This document shows positions 63,115 to 64,000 of a stretch of 64,000 nucleotides of DNA, piece after piece; the stretch's first letter is position 1, and each line of letters opens with the position of its first letter. This DNA is from Christensenellales bacterium (GTDB lineage: Bacteria; Bacillota; Clostridia; Christensenellales; CAZKXV01). The position numbers were made by a program, and so were the translations under genes. The notes below the pieces were generated by a model. The model was not told where the DNA came from. It was given only the letters and a program-made list of their open reading frames with translations, and made no database searches. The DNA is taken from the NCBI GenBank assembly GCA_050952545.1, contig JBMNLD010000003.1, positions 225,683 to 289,682 on the forward strand. The letters run 5' to 3'.

Positions 63115-64000
63115 TTAAGCTACAGATATATGCATCGTGTCGCTCTTTTCGGAATCGATATAACCGGCGGCGGAAGCTATGACATAATATTCGCCTTCCC
63201 CGGTGTAATCGAATGTAAATGTAAGTTCCGAGCCGCTATCAATCAGTTCATCGGTCTCGCCTACCTTGTAAAGTTCATACACTGCGGCGTTCTCCACTTG
63301 CGTAACGCTGATTGTAACCACGCCTTCAGATACCGTGAAACTGGCTGAGGGCTGGGACAGCTGACCGTTGATAGTCTTGGCGGCGCTTATGCCGGGTCTG
63401 AAGTATTCCGCGATTGCCTGAACGGTATATTCCCCCGCCGCCGCTACGGTATGCGCGGCGGTGTAGCTTAATTCAGTCACGGGGTCGCCGACTTTTACAT
63501 CATTAAGATATACCTGATACGCCTCGGCGTTTTCGACCGCGTTCCAGCTTATTGAAATATTGCCGTTAGATACCGCCGCGTTTATTACGGGCGCTTCCAG
63601 CGTATCGTATTCGTATGTTACGCTTGCGGGCACCGAATCCAGATAATATCCGTGAGCTTTCGTAATTACTTTGAATTCGGTGTTGTCGCCGTACATACCC
63701 AGCGTAAACGCGTAGGATGTGTTCTTGGTCGTAGCCAATAAATCGTCGCCGGCATACACCATATAATATATTGCATTATCCGCGGCATCCCAGTCAATCG
63801 TCAAATCCGTACCGTCGCGGACAATTGTTATCGCGCCGCCGTCCTTGGTTACAGCGTCAAGCGATTTGTTGATAATAACGGATTTAACAGCGGTCTCGGA
63901 GGGCTTATAAGCTTCTTCGTTCTCTCCGTACGCCTTGACTTTAATCACATATACGCCCGCATCGGAGAGCTTATCCGTAATGTCAATCTCTACGCTTTCG
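63115..64000 (-). CDS. Surface protein with repeated FN3-like modules (partial; N-terminus beyond window edge)
   Basis: The frame stays open upstream of the GTG at 63948 to the window end. Three ~85 aa modules carry 'I(S/D)W..(V/A).NA..Y.VY'. Confidence 0.7.
   Translation of the reverse strand, partial: ESVEIDITDKLSDAGVYVIKVKAYGENEEAYKPSETAVKSVIINKSLDAVTKDGGAITIVRDGTDLTIDWDAADNAIYYMVYAGDDLLATTKNTSYAFTLGMYGDNTEFKVITKAHGYYLDSVPASVTYEYDTLEAPVINAAVSNGNISISWNAVENAEAYQVYLNDVKVGDPVTELSYTAAHTVAAAGEYTVQAIAEYFRPGISAAKTINGQLSQPSASFTVSEGVVTISVTQVENAAVYELYKVGETDELIDSGSELTFTFDYTGEGEYYVIASAAGYIDSEKSDTMHISVA

Overview
This is a 64 kb window from a mid-GC Firmicutes/Clostridia-type genome. The spore-former call rests on a yabP-yabQ pair; codon usage and strong GGAGG-type ribosome-binding sites fit. 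I saw no rRNA, tRNA, CRISPR array, transposase, integrase or phage genes. About two thirds is minus-strand housekeeping. One run is glnA-asnA-dapF-carA-carB-dapL-(RNA-like element)-purF-purA. Another is LysR-alaS(short)-GNAT-cysE-cysS. A third is lipoprotein-thyA-folA. aroA, ung, aroK and yabPQ are also present. Four regions look accessory or unusual. (1) 732-6622 holds a GntR-controlled glycyl-radical-enzyme operon of unknown substrate, with a visible promoter and palindromic operator. (2) 45066-58816 holds a tungsten-type aldehyde:ferredoxin oxidoreductase operon (ADH, AOR, MoaD-like, ThiF-like, FMN-binding lipoprotein). It is followed by an attenuator-controlled dedicated ECF transporter operon. 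That operon carries four exported proteins built from about six copies of a molybdopterin-oxidoreductase-like domain, an exported phosphodiesterase-type domain, a MobB-like protein and a small kinase-like ORF. I rate this the best candidate for an undescribed system, possibly Mo/W-pterin or other cofactor scavenging. (3) 9563-9850 and 41014-41153 are two copies of a hairpin-rich, RNA-like element with conserved ends and a variable core. (4) Several large surface or membrane proteins have unknown roles: a 957 aa hyper-acidic membrane protein after yabPQ, a 1204 aa double metallophosphoesterase, and GLUG/FN3 lipoproteins. All functional calls come from motif recognition by eye. No database search was run.
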